Assembly (NCBI GenBank): GCA_013239625.1
Contig: MU053911.1
Span: 60,697-124,696 of the forward strand
Direction: 5' to 3'
Origin: Lama guanicoe
Lineage: Eukaryota
DNA length: 64,000 nt
In this document: positions 1 through 13,249 of the stretch, piece by piece
How positions within the stretch are numbered: position 1 is the stretch's first letter
How the letters are laid out: each line of letters opens with the position of its first letter
Program-made: the position numbers and the translations under genes
Notes under the pieces: model-generated
Database searches by the model: none
Seen by the model: the letters and a program-made list of their open reading frames with translations, nothing else
Told to the model about the DNA's origin: nothing

Positions 1-365
1 CCTGGGTAATTGGATAGGGATTGCATTAAATCTGTAGATTGCCTTGGGCAGTGTGACCATTTTAACAATATTGATTCTTCCAATCCAAGAGCATGGAATA
101 TCTTTCCATTTTTTAAAGTCTTCTTTAATTTCCTTCATCAATGGTTTATAGTTTTCTGTGTATAATTCTTTCGCCTCCTTGGTTAGATTTATTCCCAGAT
201 ATTTTATTACTTTGGGTGCTATTTTAAAGGGGATTGTTTCTTTACTTTCTTTTTCTGTTGATTTATCGTTAGTGTAAAGAAAGGCAACTGATTTTTGAAC
301 ATTAATTTTGTAACCTGCTACCTTGCTGAATTCTTTGATCAGCTCTAGTAGCTTTTTTGTGGACC
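1..365 (-). mobile_element. L1 ORF2 fragment, antisense; continues beyond the window start
   Basis: L1 ORF2 antisense text gatagggattgcattaaatctgtagattgccttgggcagt. Confidence 0.8.
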
Positions 366-524
366 TATATTAACTGTTCTTAATGTTTACTTTTTGATAT
401 GAACTACTTTAGTATCCACTTAAATAGCTTCATAAGAAAGCTCATTTATATAACATTCGTATTGTATTCAAATTTTAAATCTGGAAAGAACTGACATCTT
501 GGTGATGCAAAGACATCCTATTTT

Positions 525-3500
525 CATTTTATTATTTTTTAATAGAGGCAGTATTAATTTGTAACATGTTTCATGTGTACAGCATTATATTTCTACTTCT
601 GTATACCCTACAGTGTGATCACTTTTATTTTCCCTCCATCATGATACAGTTTATCCCCTTTACCCATTTCACCCTTCTCTCTACCCCTTCCCCTCTGGTA
701 ACCCCTACTCTGTTCATTGGTCCACATGTTTGCTTTGTTTTGTTTTGGTTTGTTTGTTCCTGTTTGTTAGTTTTTTATATTCCACATGTGAGTGAAATCA
801 TATAGTATTTGTCTTTCTCTAGCCTACTTATTTCACTTAGCGTAATACCTTCAGGGTCCACCTATGTTGTTACAATTGGCAAAATTTTATCTTTTTTTTT
901 AAACAACTGAGGAGTATTCCATTGTATGTATATATACCACATCTTTATCCATTTATCTTTTGATGGACACTTAGGTTATTTCCATATCTTGGCTATTGTA
1001 AATAATGATGCAATCAATACGGGGGTACAAGTATTTTTTCAGGTTAGTATTTTCATATTTTTGGGATAAATACCAAGAAAGGGGATAGCTGGGTCATATA
1101 GTAACTCTATTAATTTTTGGAGGAATCTCCGTACTGTCTTCCCTGTTGGCTGCATCATTTTACATTCCCACTGACACTGTTATGAGGGTTTCCTTTTCTC
1201 CATATCTTCACCAACATGTGTTATTGTCTGCATTTTTAATAACCATTCTAATAGATGTGAAGAGATATTCATTGCAGTTTTGATTTTCATTTCCCTGGTG
1301 ATTAGTGATGTTGAACATCTTTACATTTTGCCTGTTGGCCATCTGTATTCTTCCTTGGAAAAATGTCTATTCAGCTTCTCTGCCCATTAAAAAAAATTGT
1401 TGTTGTTGTTGTTTTTGAGATGTAATAAATTCTTCATGCGGTTTGGATATTAATCCCTTATTGGATGTATCATTTGCAATATTTTTTCCCAGTTGATGGT
1501 TGTCTTTTCATTTTATTGAAGGTTTCCTCTGCTGTGCAGAAGCATTTTAGTTTGATGTAATTCCATTTGTTTATTTTTGCTTTTGTTTCCTTTGCCTGAG
1601 GAGACATATATACACACACACACACACATATATAAAGGTGTTGCTAAGAATGGTGTCAAAGAATGTATTGCCTATGTTATTTTCTAGGAGTGTTATGGTT
1701 TCAGGTCTTACATTCAAGTCTTTAATCCATGTTGATTAAAATAGTTAAATTTAAAAATCAAATCCATTAATTTTTGTGTGTGATATTGGTCTAGTTTGAT
1801 TTTTTGCATATGGCTGCCCAGTTTTTCCAGTACCACTTATTGGAGAGACTATCCTCTCTCCATTGTATGTTTGCTCCTTTATCATAAATTATCTATGTAT
1901 GTGTGGGTTTATTTCTGGGTTCTCAGTTCTATTCCATTTGTCTGTGTATCTGCTTTTCCTACCTGTATTATGCAATTTTGATCAGCATGACTTTGTAATA
2001 TAGTTTGAAATCAGGGATTGTGTTACTTCTAGCCTTGTTTCTTTTCCTCAGGATTGCTTTGGCTATTCAGGGTCTTTGGTGGTTCCATATAAATTTTTGA
2101 ATTTTTTGTTCTATTTCTGTGAAAAATGTCCTTGGGATTTTGATAGGGATTGCACTGAATATGTAAATTGCTTTAGGTAACAAGGACATTGTGACAATGT
2201 TAATTCTTCCATCCTATGAGCACAGAATATCTTCATTTATTTGTCTTCAGTTTCTTTCATCAATACGTTATATGACTATGACTAGTTTTCAGTGTACACA
2301 TCTTTTACCTTCTTGGTTAAATTTATTCCTAGGTGTTTTATTCTCTTTTTTCTTTTGGTGTGATTGTAAATGATGATGTTTTCTTATTTCTGTCTCTGTT
2401 ATCTCGTTGTTAGCACACAGAAATGCAGATTTTGTATCCTGATGCATCATTGTATTCATTTGCTATTTCTAGTAGTTTTTCTTGAGTCTTCTGGGTTTTC
2501 TATGTATCATGTCATCTGCAATCCATGACAGTTTTACTTCTTCCTTTCCAATTTGGATGCTTGTTTCTTTTTCTTGACTAATTGCTTTGGCTAGGACTCT
2601 AATACTGTGTTGAATAAAAGTGGTGAGAATGGGCATCCTTGTCTTGTTCTTGATCCTGGAGGATCTTAGAGATCTTCAGTTGTTCACTATTGAGTATAAT
2701 GTTAGTTATGGATTTGTCATATATATCCTTCATTGTTTTGAAATACATCCCTTTTATACCCATTTTATCGAGCATTTTTATCATAAATGGGTGTTGAATC
2801 TTGTCAAATGCTTTTTCTGCATGTACAGATCTCCTAATTTGTTAATGTGGTGTATCATGTTGATCGATTTGTGGATCTTGAACTGTTTTTTTTTGTGTCC
2901 CTGGAATAAATTCCACCTGATCATGGTGTATGATCTTTTTGACATATTGTTAAATTTTGTTTGCTAATATTTTGTTGAAGATTTTTGCATCTATGTTCAA
3001 GAGATACTGACCTGTAATTTTCCTTTTTTGCATTGTCTGGTTCTAGTATGAGGGTGATTTTGGCCTCTCTTCAGTTGAGATGGATAGGTATTAAATCTTT
3101 GAATGCTTGGTAAAATTCACCTGTGTAGCCATCTGGACCTGATCTTTTTATTTTATGGGAGCTTTTTGATTACTTTTTTAATCTCTGTACTGGTGATTGG
3201 TCTATTCAGATTTTCTTTCTCCCTGAGTCAGTCTTAGAATATTGTATGATTCTAAGAATTTGTCCACTTCTTCTGGGTTGTCCAGTTTGTTGGTGTATAT
3301 TCATAAGTCTGTTATACTCCTTTGTATTTCTGTGGTGTCTGTTGTTATTTCTCCTCTTTCATTTCTGATTTAATTTCTTAGGGCTTTCTCTCTTTTTTTT
3401 TTAGTGAGCCTGCCCAACAGTTTTTCAATTTTGTTTATCTTTTCAAAGAACCAGCTCTTAATTTCATTGATCTTTTATCTGCTATCTTGTTAGTCTCTAC

Positions 3501-6500
3501 TTCATTTATTTCTATTCTAATCTTTATTATTTTCTTCCTTTTACTAGCTTTGAACTTCATTTGTTCTTTTTCTGCTTCCTTTAGGTATAAGGTTCGATTG
3601 TTTGAGATTGTTGTTGTTCCCTCTTAGTACTGCTTTTGTTGTATCCCATAGATTTTGGTATGTCATACTTTAATTATCATCAATCTTCAGATAATTTTTG
3701 ATTTCTGCTTTGGTTTCTTTGTTGACCCAATAGTTGTTCAGTAGCATGTTGTTCAGCCTCCACATATTTTTTGATTCTTCCAGTTTTCTTTTTGTAGTGG
3801 ATTTCTAGTTTTATTCCACTGTGCTCAGAGAAGATGCTTGATATGATTTGGATTTTCTTAAATTTACTGAGACTTGTTTTGTGTCCCAACACGGTCCATC
3901 CTTGAGAATGTTCTACGTGCTCTTGAGAGGAATGTGTATTCTGCTGCATTTGGATGAAGTGTTGTGTACATATCTATCAAATCCATCTGGTCTAATGTTT
4001 TATTTAAGGCTACTGTTTCCTTGTTGACTTTCTGCCCAGATGATCTATCCGTTGATGTAAGTGGGGTAGTAAAGTCCCCTACAATTGTTTTGTTGTCAGT
4101 CTCTCCCTTTATATCTGTTAATAATTGTTTTATGTATTTTGGTGCTCCTGTGTTAGGTACATATATATTAATCCATTAAGTCTTGATTAATTGTCTCCTT
4201 CATTTTTATGTACTGTCCATTTTTCTCTCGTTACCCTTTTTTTTGTCATGAAGTCTGTTTTGTCTCATACAAGTGTGGCTGCACCTGCTTTACTTTGGTT
4301 GCTATCTGCTTGGAATATTATCTGCTATTCCTTCACTTTTAGCCTATATTTGTCTTTAGAGCTACATCTCCTGAAGGCAGCATATAGTTGAGTCTTTTTT
4401 TTTTTTAAACCATCCATTTGCTCTATGTCTTTTGGTTGATGAATTAAATCCATTTATGTAGGCCCCCGCCTGAAGGCTTTAGAGAATAAGCCATGGGCTG
4501 AACTGATAAACAAGCTGTGAGAAATGTCATGTAGCTGGCTGGATAAGAGATGGCCTATTTAATGTATCCAGTATGGATGGCTGGATGGCCAACGACAGGT
4601 AAGATCCTCAGAGGAGGACAACCTAAGACAGGCACTGCTGGCTGAATAAGAGATGGCCTACTTAATGAAGTTTTGTGACGAAATTTAAAACAATGTAACC
4701 TCCTGTGCTTACTGCAGGAGCCTGGGAACCTGGAGCCTGGGAACCTAAATAGCTTAAGATTATTAACATTGTTATAACTTAGATGGTATGTAAGGCATCA
4801 TGCATGTCCTATATAAACCCTTTTACAAGAATCAATAAACAGAGTAGCCGTCAGCTCTCCGCATACGGTGTGTATGTGTACATGATATCGTGACACCAAC
4901 AATTTACACTTAGGGTAATTATTGATAGATGAGGATTTAGTATTGTCATTTTATTTTTTATTTTTTAATTTCTTTATATCTCTGTTTCTTTTTCCTTTAG
5001 TTTGTGATTTTGGTTTTGTAGTTTTCTATTATATTTTCTCAGTTTCCTCTTTTTTAAAAAAAGTTTCATATCTCTGCTCTATGTTTATGTTTTGTGGCTA
5101 CCCTGAGGTTTGTGTAAAATACCTCATAGATAAAATAATTCTTTTTTTGCTGACAGCATCTTATCTTCATTTACCTCTATGAGTACTGTTTTTCCCTCTT
5201 GCTCTCATGTTTCTCTTACCTTAATTTATCCCTTTCTGTGTTGTGTGTCACCAAACAAAAATAGTGTATGTATTTTTCTGCTTCCTTTTCTCCCTCTAAC
5301 CTTTATACTAGAGTGTTTGGAAACCTATGGAGAGTTGTAGTTTTCTGGTCCTATTTACCACCTTCCTCAAAAGTTTTATGTATTTTGGCTGTTTAGTTTC
5401 TGGTAGGAAAGCTCCTTTCAACATCTCTCGTAAGTGTTGATGAACTCTTTCAGCCTTTGTCTGGGAGAGACTTCATATTTGAATGATAATGTTGCTAATG
5501 ACAGTTTTTATCTTTCAGTATTTTGAAAATGTCACTCTACTCCTTCCTTGTCTTTAGAGTTTCTACTGAGAAATCTGATAGCTCAGTGTGGGTTCCTTTG
5601 TAGGTTATGATTCTTTTTCCCCTGGCTGCCTTTAAAATTTTTGCTTTGTCATTTACTTTTGACAACTTTAATATTTAACGTGTCTTGGAAAACATCTTTT
5701 TGCATGGAGGCAATTAGGTTTTCTTTTAGCCTTATGGATTTCTGTATCTGGTTTCTTTTCCAAATTTGGGGAATTCTTAGCTGTTATTTCTTTGAATAAC
5801 CTGTGTACTCTTTTCCCTTTCTTCTGAGATACTCATATTAATGCTGCTCTTCCTAAAAGAGTTGGATAGCTATCATAGGATTTCCTCATTTTTTGAGTGT
5901 CTTCTTTTTCTTCTTTTACCTGTATCATTTCAGGATTTCTGACTTCAGGCTCACTAATTCTCTCTTCTGTGTGATCTGCTCTATTTCCATTGCTTATTGT
6001 ACATCCTTCATCTCATTTATTGCATTCTTCAGCTCCAGAATTTCTGGATGGTTCTTTTTTAGAGTTTCAGTCTCTTTGGTAAAGTATTCCTTTTGTTAAT
6101 TTTTTTTCCTTCTTTTCATTGATTTTATCCTGAGTTCATTAAAGTGACTTTCTGAGTTTTCTTATATCTCATTGAATTTCTTCAAGACAGCTATTGTGAA
6201 TTTTCTAGTAGATCGCAATATTCTGTGACTTTAAGTTTGATTTCTGGAGCCCTGTCATTTTCTCTTAGTGGTATAGTGTTAATGTGGTTCTTTCCTTTGG
6301 TAAATTGTTTCTCTCCCAGCATATTTGATATTAAATGACAGGTTAGTCATTTAGAGTCCTGTTTTGTTTTCCAGTAGGTGGCGCTATTGTACAAGTTTTT
6401 GGTTTCTTTTACCTGAGCTGCCTGTGGATACGTTTGAGAGTGGTACTTCTCTTTAAGAGGTTTGGCTCTGTGCCTTTGTTTTTGCTTCTTGTGCTAGGGT

Positions 6501-7100
6501 GTCATAGCTGCCTTGCTTTTGCTAGAGCTGCTGTTGTCACCAGGGTGGTAGGTTCTTTCATTCCATCTGGAATCCCCTGAGATGCAGGCCTTGCTGTGAG
6601 AGACACATTGGTGGTTGAGAGCCATGGTCACACAGATGCCTCTTCCTTGTCTGTTGTTGTGACGTTGGCTGGGCTCTACCATTGCAGATAGGGGTGGGGT
6701 GGTGGCTGGTGTTGTGGCACCTCAGCTGCTGGAGGGACAGGGTCACAGGCTCCACTGCTGCTGTGTCCCATTTAGCTATGGCCATGGGTGCCCTTGTGGA
6801 TGGGTGGCCAAGGTTGTGTGCCCTGCTTTCCTAGTTGTTTCTGGGTTCTCTGGAAATGTAGGTGTCACTGCCAAGGTCAGAGTGTGGGCATTGGAGGCAC
6901 CGTCTCCACTGCTCCACTGGTTTCACTGCTGTGTGTGTTATAGTTCACCCACCTTTAGATGTACAGATGTGTGGAATTCTCTGGTTTCCTATTGTGCTGA
7001 TCAGAAGAACCTTTGTTGAGTTTAGGATGTTTTACTGGTTGTAGATAGAATGGGAGAGACAGAGGTAGATTTTTCACTGCATCATGTTTCTGACGTCACT
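525..7100 (-). mobile_element. Near full-length degenerate L1 (3'UTR, ORF2, ORF1, 5'UTR), interrupted by a solo LTR
   Basis: Minus-strand ORF fragments with ORF2 motifs ([11 protein letters not shown]...[41 protein letters not shown]); GC-richer 5'UTR at about 6400-7100. Confidence 0.85.
4457..4901 (+). mobile_element. Solo LTR (445 bp), TG...CA, 5-bp TSD ATTTA
   Basis: attta|tgtaggc...caaca|attta; TATATAAA 4810-4817; AATAAA 4834-4839; internal 31-bp direct repeats and a 15-bp tandem repeat; host L1 resumes collinearly. Confidence 0.88.
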
Positions 7101-7104
7101 TTGA

Positions 7105-8280
7105 GATACACCACTACAGAAAATAATCAATTTACAAAGGAACAGAACAGGAGAGGAAGAAAGGAGCAGCAAATACAAGACATCCAGAAAACAATAAGAT
7201 GGCGTTAGTAAATTCTTACTGATCAATGATTACTCTAAATGTAATGGATTGAATTCTTCAGTCAGAAGACATAGAGTGATGGATGGATTAAAAGAGAAGA
7301 CCCGATTAAATACTGCTTGTAATAGACTCATTTTGACTTCAAGAGACTTAAAGGACTCACATGGGCTCAAAGTGAAGGGATGGAAAAAGATTTTCCATGC
7401 AAGTGGAAAGCAACAGAGCAGAGACAGGTATATTTATATCAGGCAAAATAAACTTTAGGCCAATAATAGTTGTAAGAGACAAAGAAGGTCATTACATAAT
7501 GAAACTGGGCTCAGTTCATCAAGAAGATAGAACATGGTAAATACACCTAAATGTAGTAAGCCAACACTGAGAGATCTGATGGGAGAAATGAGTAACACTA
7601 CCATAGCAGTAAGGGGACTCTCCACTTTCAACAGTGAATAGGCCATCTGGACAGAAAATCAATGGAAATGTTTGATTTGAACCATAGTTTTTACCAAATA
7701 ATTCAATCAGACAATGCAGAACATTTGATCCAACAGTAGTAGACTACAGTTTCTTCTCAAGTATGTGCAGAGTGAATATTTTGGATAGATCATGTAATAG
7801 ATCATAAAACAAGTGGTGGCAATTTCAGAAGATTGAAATCATACCAAGACTCTTCTACAACCACATTGGTGTGATACCAGAAACTACTACAGTACAAAGC
7901 TAGAAGAAAATTTAAATATGTAAAAATTTTACAGCGCACACCTGAGCAACCAGTTGGTCAAAGAAGATATTAAAAATATCTTGAAACAAATAGAAATAGG
8001 TTTGAATCTTTTGTGTTTCTATCAGTTCTAAGAGGGAAGTTTACAACCATAAATGTCTACATTAAGCAAAAAAGAATGATTTCAAATAAACAACCTACCT
8101 TATACTTCCAGGAACTAGAAAAAGAAGACAAACTAAAGAGAGGAGACTCAAATAAAATCAGAAATGAAAGAGGAGACATTACAGCTGATAAGTACAGAAC
8201 GTGAAGGGTCATAAGGGACTGCTATGAATAGTTATACACCAAAAAGTTTAGAAAACCTAGAAGAAATGGACAGAACGAGA
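7105..8280 (+). mobile_element. Old L1 ORF2 endonuclease-region fragment
   Basis: Motifs such as LKVKGWKKIFHASGKQ and VLRGKFTTINVYIK on the + strand. Confidence 0.8.
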
Positions 8281-9056
8281 GAAACATGCTGTTTTCTCTT
8301 CAGGAAGCTGTCTTCTCAGCTGCATTAAATGCCAGCCCCACGAACAGTTTTTTGAGTGGGACGTCTTGTGAGTGGGGTTGCTTTACTCATACTTCTTTTC
8401 TTGTGCTCACTTTTCGGAGATTAGCTTTTTGTTTTGCTAGGTTAGGCTATTGTGAAATAGTTTCTAAATTTTTCGGTTTGTGAATAGTTTCATTTTGGCT
8501 TCACATTTAAATGACAGTATCTTTAAAATTAGAATAGAGGTTTAATATTTTCCCCAAGAACTTTATAGACTTTGCTCCACAATTTTGTAGACTTTTCTTT
8601 CTATTTAGTATTATGTGTCTAATGCTGATTTTCCTCACTTGTCAATTTTTATTTCCCACTTATTTTTATCAGTAAGATTCTAGATTGAGTAGTGCCAAGA
8701 ACTGTTGGTATGTTACTGATGGTCCTGTAGGTAAGATGGCCTCTGTCCTCCTGGCTTTAAGTAGTTTAAGTAGTTGCAGAACCTTGGCTGGTCCAGAGGA
8801 GATGCCTTGATGTATGCTAGGGGTTCCCATCGTCTTCCCAGGCAGGAAGGGGGACTTTGAGGATTTTGGACTCTCTCTGATTAATGGAAAGAATGACTTT
8901 ATTCCAAGGTAGTTTGTCTTAATTGGACATTTCTTTCTGAATCCTTATACAGATGAAAATGTTTTCCTTCAGACGTGGACATTAATTTGCTGTGGTATAT
9001 TTTCTTGAGTGTCTCTGTCTTCTTTGCCAAGACTTACTCTTTCTTACTGCTTAGTG

Positions 9057-9229
9057 CAGTGATTCTCAAACTTTAGCATGTGAAGGAATCAACTGGAGGA
9101 CTAATTAAAACACAAATTGCTGATCCTTCTTCCAGAGTTTTGGAGTTAGCAAGGTGTGGTGGAGTCTAGGGATCTGCGTTAGAAACAAATGTTGCTGCTG
9201 GTTGTGGAACCACATTTTTTGAACTCTTG
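9057..9229. mobile_element. MER5A-like hAT-Charlie MITE
   Basis: cagtgattctcaaacttt...aatcaactggagg...aaaacacaaattgctg...ggaaccacatttt resembles recalled MER5A. Confidence 0.7.
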
Positions 9230-9966
9230 ATCTAGAATAAGTGTTGAAGAAGAGAAATTTTAGACTAGCCTGATTTTTTTCTTCTGCGTGAATGCGTGTA
9301 ATAAAAGATTTCTTTAATAACTAATTCAGAATTTTTATTTGGATATGATAGAGTGGGTTTGGTAGTATTTTTTTCTTTTGGTGGCAAATTAATTAGTGTA
9401 ACGTATTTTCTAAGTGATAAGTGCTGGTATTTTGAACAATATGATTGGTTTTGTGTATTCATTCTCTCTCACAATCTTCCAAACTAGTACTTTGCATTTT
9501 CCACTAAAATATCAGGTAGTAGTGTAATATTTTGTATTTTGATTTTTAGGCTTGTTAACACAGCAGAGTTATATTGAAGAGGTAATGTTGGTGAGATAAT
9601 GCTTTTCATTATTGTACTCTGCTATATGCAAAAAATAATGCTCTTCTGAGGGGAATTTAAATATTTCTTACCTATTTTAAGAAAATAGATCATACATGTG
9701 AATTTTGGGATCTTCTAATATAGATCTGTAAGAATGGAAAATTCTTTTTTTTTCCTAGAGCTAAGTTGTCTATGCAAGGTATACTGAAACTCTATCTGTA
9801 AATATAAACATATTGTTATTTTGGATTATAGATTTATAGTTTTATTTTAGTAACTTGTGTACTTTTGTGATTGAAAATTTTGAGAGACTTGATTTAAACA
9901 TTTTATCATGTCATACATTGTGAGGAATCTTATTTATAAAGTTTTAATTAAAACTTTATTTTCCAG

Positions 9967-9987
9967 ATTTTGGAATCTCTTTTTAAG
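9967..9987 (+). CDS. CCDC7: CCDC7 coding microexon (21 nt, phase 0-0): ILESLFK
   Basis: ttccag|ATTTTGGAATCTCTTTTTAAG|gtatgt; matches recalled human CCDC7 ILESLFK; in frame with the next exon. Confidence 0.88.
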
Positions 9988-10288
9988 GTATGTTCAGTAT
10001 ATTGCCTACTAAAATTTAATGTAGAAATACATGTAATTGAAAAAGAGTTTTCTAAGTTTTGAGGAAGTAAAGGTAACTCCTCAACTTACTACTATATATA
10101 TTAAAAATTTTGTGTTTCAGTTGTATGTTGCTTTAGTCCCATTCTAAACCCTAGGATAAATGATGTTTTGTTCAGGACTAACACTTGATAGATATTCACA
10201 CACACCCCCCACCCCCCCACACCTATTTATTTCACTGAAGAAATTAATTTGTTAATATTATTTCTTTTCTATTCCTTTTTTTATAAAG

Positions 10289-10321
10289 TGGTTTCAACGA
10301 CAGGTCAATCAGATGGAAGAG
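10289..10321 (+). CDS. CCDC7: CCDC7 coding exon (33 nt, phase 0-0): WFQRQVNQMEE
   Basis: Long pyrimidine tract then ataaag|TGG...GAG|gtaaat; recalled human WFQWQVNQMEE. Confidence 0.9.
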
Positions 10322-11729
10322 GTAAATACAACATTTCTTAATTGTTAATTAAATTAATATTATGTCTGATTTGAAAACCAGTTTGAGATATAAGGTAAAA
10401 TTTTAAAAATAATTATTGGTTATAATCTTTTGATTCAGGTAGTGGAGTAAATGGGCAGAATAAAGTATTTCTCAGTGATTGATTATACAGTGTTCTTGCA
10501 TATATCTGGTATACTATGAATTTGGCCCATTCTTTCTCCTAAAATTAAAAAATGGAAATTTAGTATTTTTTTCATAATTTAAATAAAATAGTAAACAAGT
10601 GGCAATAAAAATCTTATCAAATTAAATTTTTTTCCTGTATTTAAAAAGTCATGTATAATATGATATATGCTTACTCATTAAGTTATATATTGGTTTTCTT
10701 TAAATTTAATGTTATTTTAATGATTTTTCTTCTTAAACTTTTAGTTTTAGGTACTTTGCTACCAGCTTGAAAACTTCTGGTCTCTATCCTTAGGGGTTTT
10801 AAATTCTATTTTGGAAAATATTTTATGTATGCTGTTAATTATAGCAGAATGATTTCCAGGTTAGCTTTAGTGAATTGTTGAATTATTCTAGTTTTATCTG
10901 GGCTGTGCTTACGGTTTAGCCAAATTAAATACTCCTGAAGTCCAGGTACTTTAAATTAGAGAGGTTCATTTATTTGAGATATAAAATTAGAGAGTAAAGG
11001 TAGAAATCGTAACTGTCTCTTAGTATCTTCTTATTTTACCTCTGGCACTAGAGCAGGAAGCTCTTGTGCTCTTACCCTCTTGGCCTGAGCACGGACATCC
11101 CTGACCTCAGAACGGTCCCTGTTAGACTGTAGTGGGTTGGTTGTTACCTTTGCAGAGAAGTAGGGTTGAGGTGAAGCCCACTATCCCCGACCCTCTTGTA
11201 AAATGTGTACTTTTTTGCAATTTGGGCAGTTTGGCTTCCTTTATGTCTTCTTCTTTTATCTTCCATCCTCTTTTTATTCTATTTTATTTATAGATTTGTC
11301 TCACTTTCTTCTTTTCACAGTTAGTCCTGTCAGCGTGTAAGACCTTCCCAAACCCCTGACCTCTCAGTTCCTTGACCTCTATCTTCAGAGATCTAGGGCC
11401 CTCTTTTTCTTTCTTTTTTTTTAAAAAAAACTCTGGCCCAACTTCCAGTCACAATCTGAACCTTATCATTAATCAAATAGCTTTATTTTAAAAAATCATT
11501 AATTTAAGCAACTCGTTCTTGAACTACAAATTTCTGTCTTTCCAGTTACTACTTTAAATACTGCTCTGGCCACTCTTTGACTTCATCAAGACCACCAGTT
11601 CATTTATTCCTTTACTTTCTTGTTGTCTTTTTACTCATTTTTCTTTTCAGCTTGGAGACTGTGTACTTCGTGTCAGTGAATTCCTTCCCAATCCCTTCAT
11701 CTCTTTTTGTTGTACTTGTCTAACAGAAC

Positions 11730-12238
11730 TGCTAACTAAAACTTGGCACTTGCCATCTGCCTCTACAAGCATTGGATCATGTTGGCATTTACCATCTGCC
11801 TCTGCTTGGATTAAGTCCCGAGCCACTGCAGCCACTGGCCTCCAACATCCCCTGAAAGGAGTTCAGGGTGGAGGTCAGGAATGGGGTGGTCTGTGCTCTG
11901 GGGAAACTGGCTGAATAGGTCTTCAGATAGTTAGGTATTTTCAGGAGAAAATTTTATGAGCCCAATTCTTGCATCTCCTCCTATCTAGAAAAGCACTAAA
12001 GTCATTAACGGTGACATCTGCTCCTCGTGACCAGCAGCAGCCTCTGGCTAAACATGTGTTTGACTGCACGTACCCCCCTTCACTGAAATCGTATCTAGTA
12101 CTGAGTTTTCTCCTGGCCTCTTTGGAACAGTTTCTCAGAGCTCTCTGGGATGCTGTCTCCTGGGCTATAGTCCTCATCTTGCCCCAAATAAAACTTAACC
12201 CACAACTCTCACATTGTGTGGTTTTATTTCAGTCAACA
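11730..12238 (+). mobile_element. ERV1-type solo LTR, MER41-like (509 bp), 4-bp TSD GAAC
   Basis: gaac|tgctaactaaa...cagtcaaca|gaac; AATAAA 12187-12192; MER41-like 3' terminus. Confidence 0.82.
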
Positions 12239-13249
12239 GAACAAAGCTTTGAGTAAATGTAATTATATACTCTTTGGGCCTATAGCTTACCTTTGAAATA
12301 CTGCTGAAGAAAGTAACACAGTAGGTCAGGCACAATTATTACAAGTACTGCCTGGCAATTCTGTTGAATTTCTGAAATGAGTTTCTGCCATCTGAAACCC
12401 AGCTGCTCTGCTGTGTTTCCATCTTCACTCTCAGCCAGCCTCTTGAAATGCTTTAAATACACGCCACAGGTTAGAACCCCTTCAGTTCTTGCTTCCAAAC
12501 AAAAACTTACTTATATCATACTTGTTCTTTCTTTCGTTCATCCCGCTGAAAAGAGACACTGTTCCTTGTCCCACGCAGAACTCAGTCTCGCACCTGTTTT
12601 GGATCTTATCTCTTAAGAAACTTGATTAAGCATTCTCTTATGTAAGACTCAACTTTTTATTCAGTTGTGTCCTTCCTTTTAGTTTTTCAGTGTGCTCATG
12701 TCTTTAATTTGATGCCACATTCCCCTTCGGTTGTAGGCCTGTCTCTCTTTTGACATTCATAACCAATTTTTTAAAACTATACTATATTCAAGTACTCACA
12801 TGAGGGAAGAAGTTAGGCTGTTGTTAGAGAATAAAGGCAAAAACAAAGATTGTAAAATAGGGGAGGAAAAAACCTTGCAGATAGTTTAGGAGCAGTAAAA
12901 CTAGTTGAATTTAAGAAAAAGTGTTAAATCACCTGAAACTGGCACCTAGTGAAGCAGTTAATGTGGGCATTCTTTCCTTTAAAGAGCCAACTAGGCATAG
13001 CAGATAAACAGATTAGAATTGTTTATGGATTTCCTTTAGAACCTTAACAGTTTAGCTGAGCACCGTATTTTACAGGTACAGGGCTCAATTTTTTTTTTTT
13101 GTATCAGTTTTCTGTGTTTTCTGTTCTTACTGCTGAAGCATTACTCAGCCTATCCAGACTGGATTGTGTCTTCAGAACGCAGGAGACGTTCTGTATGGGT
13201 CTCCCAGCTTACATGTCGTTAGATGGAACAGACAGTTTTATTTACCTCA

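Noticed and set aside
4717..4746. Short direct repeats as a CRISPR-like array
   Set aside because: Eukaryotic LTR-internal tandem duplication with no spacers or cas genes
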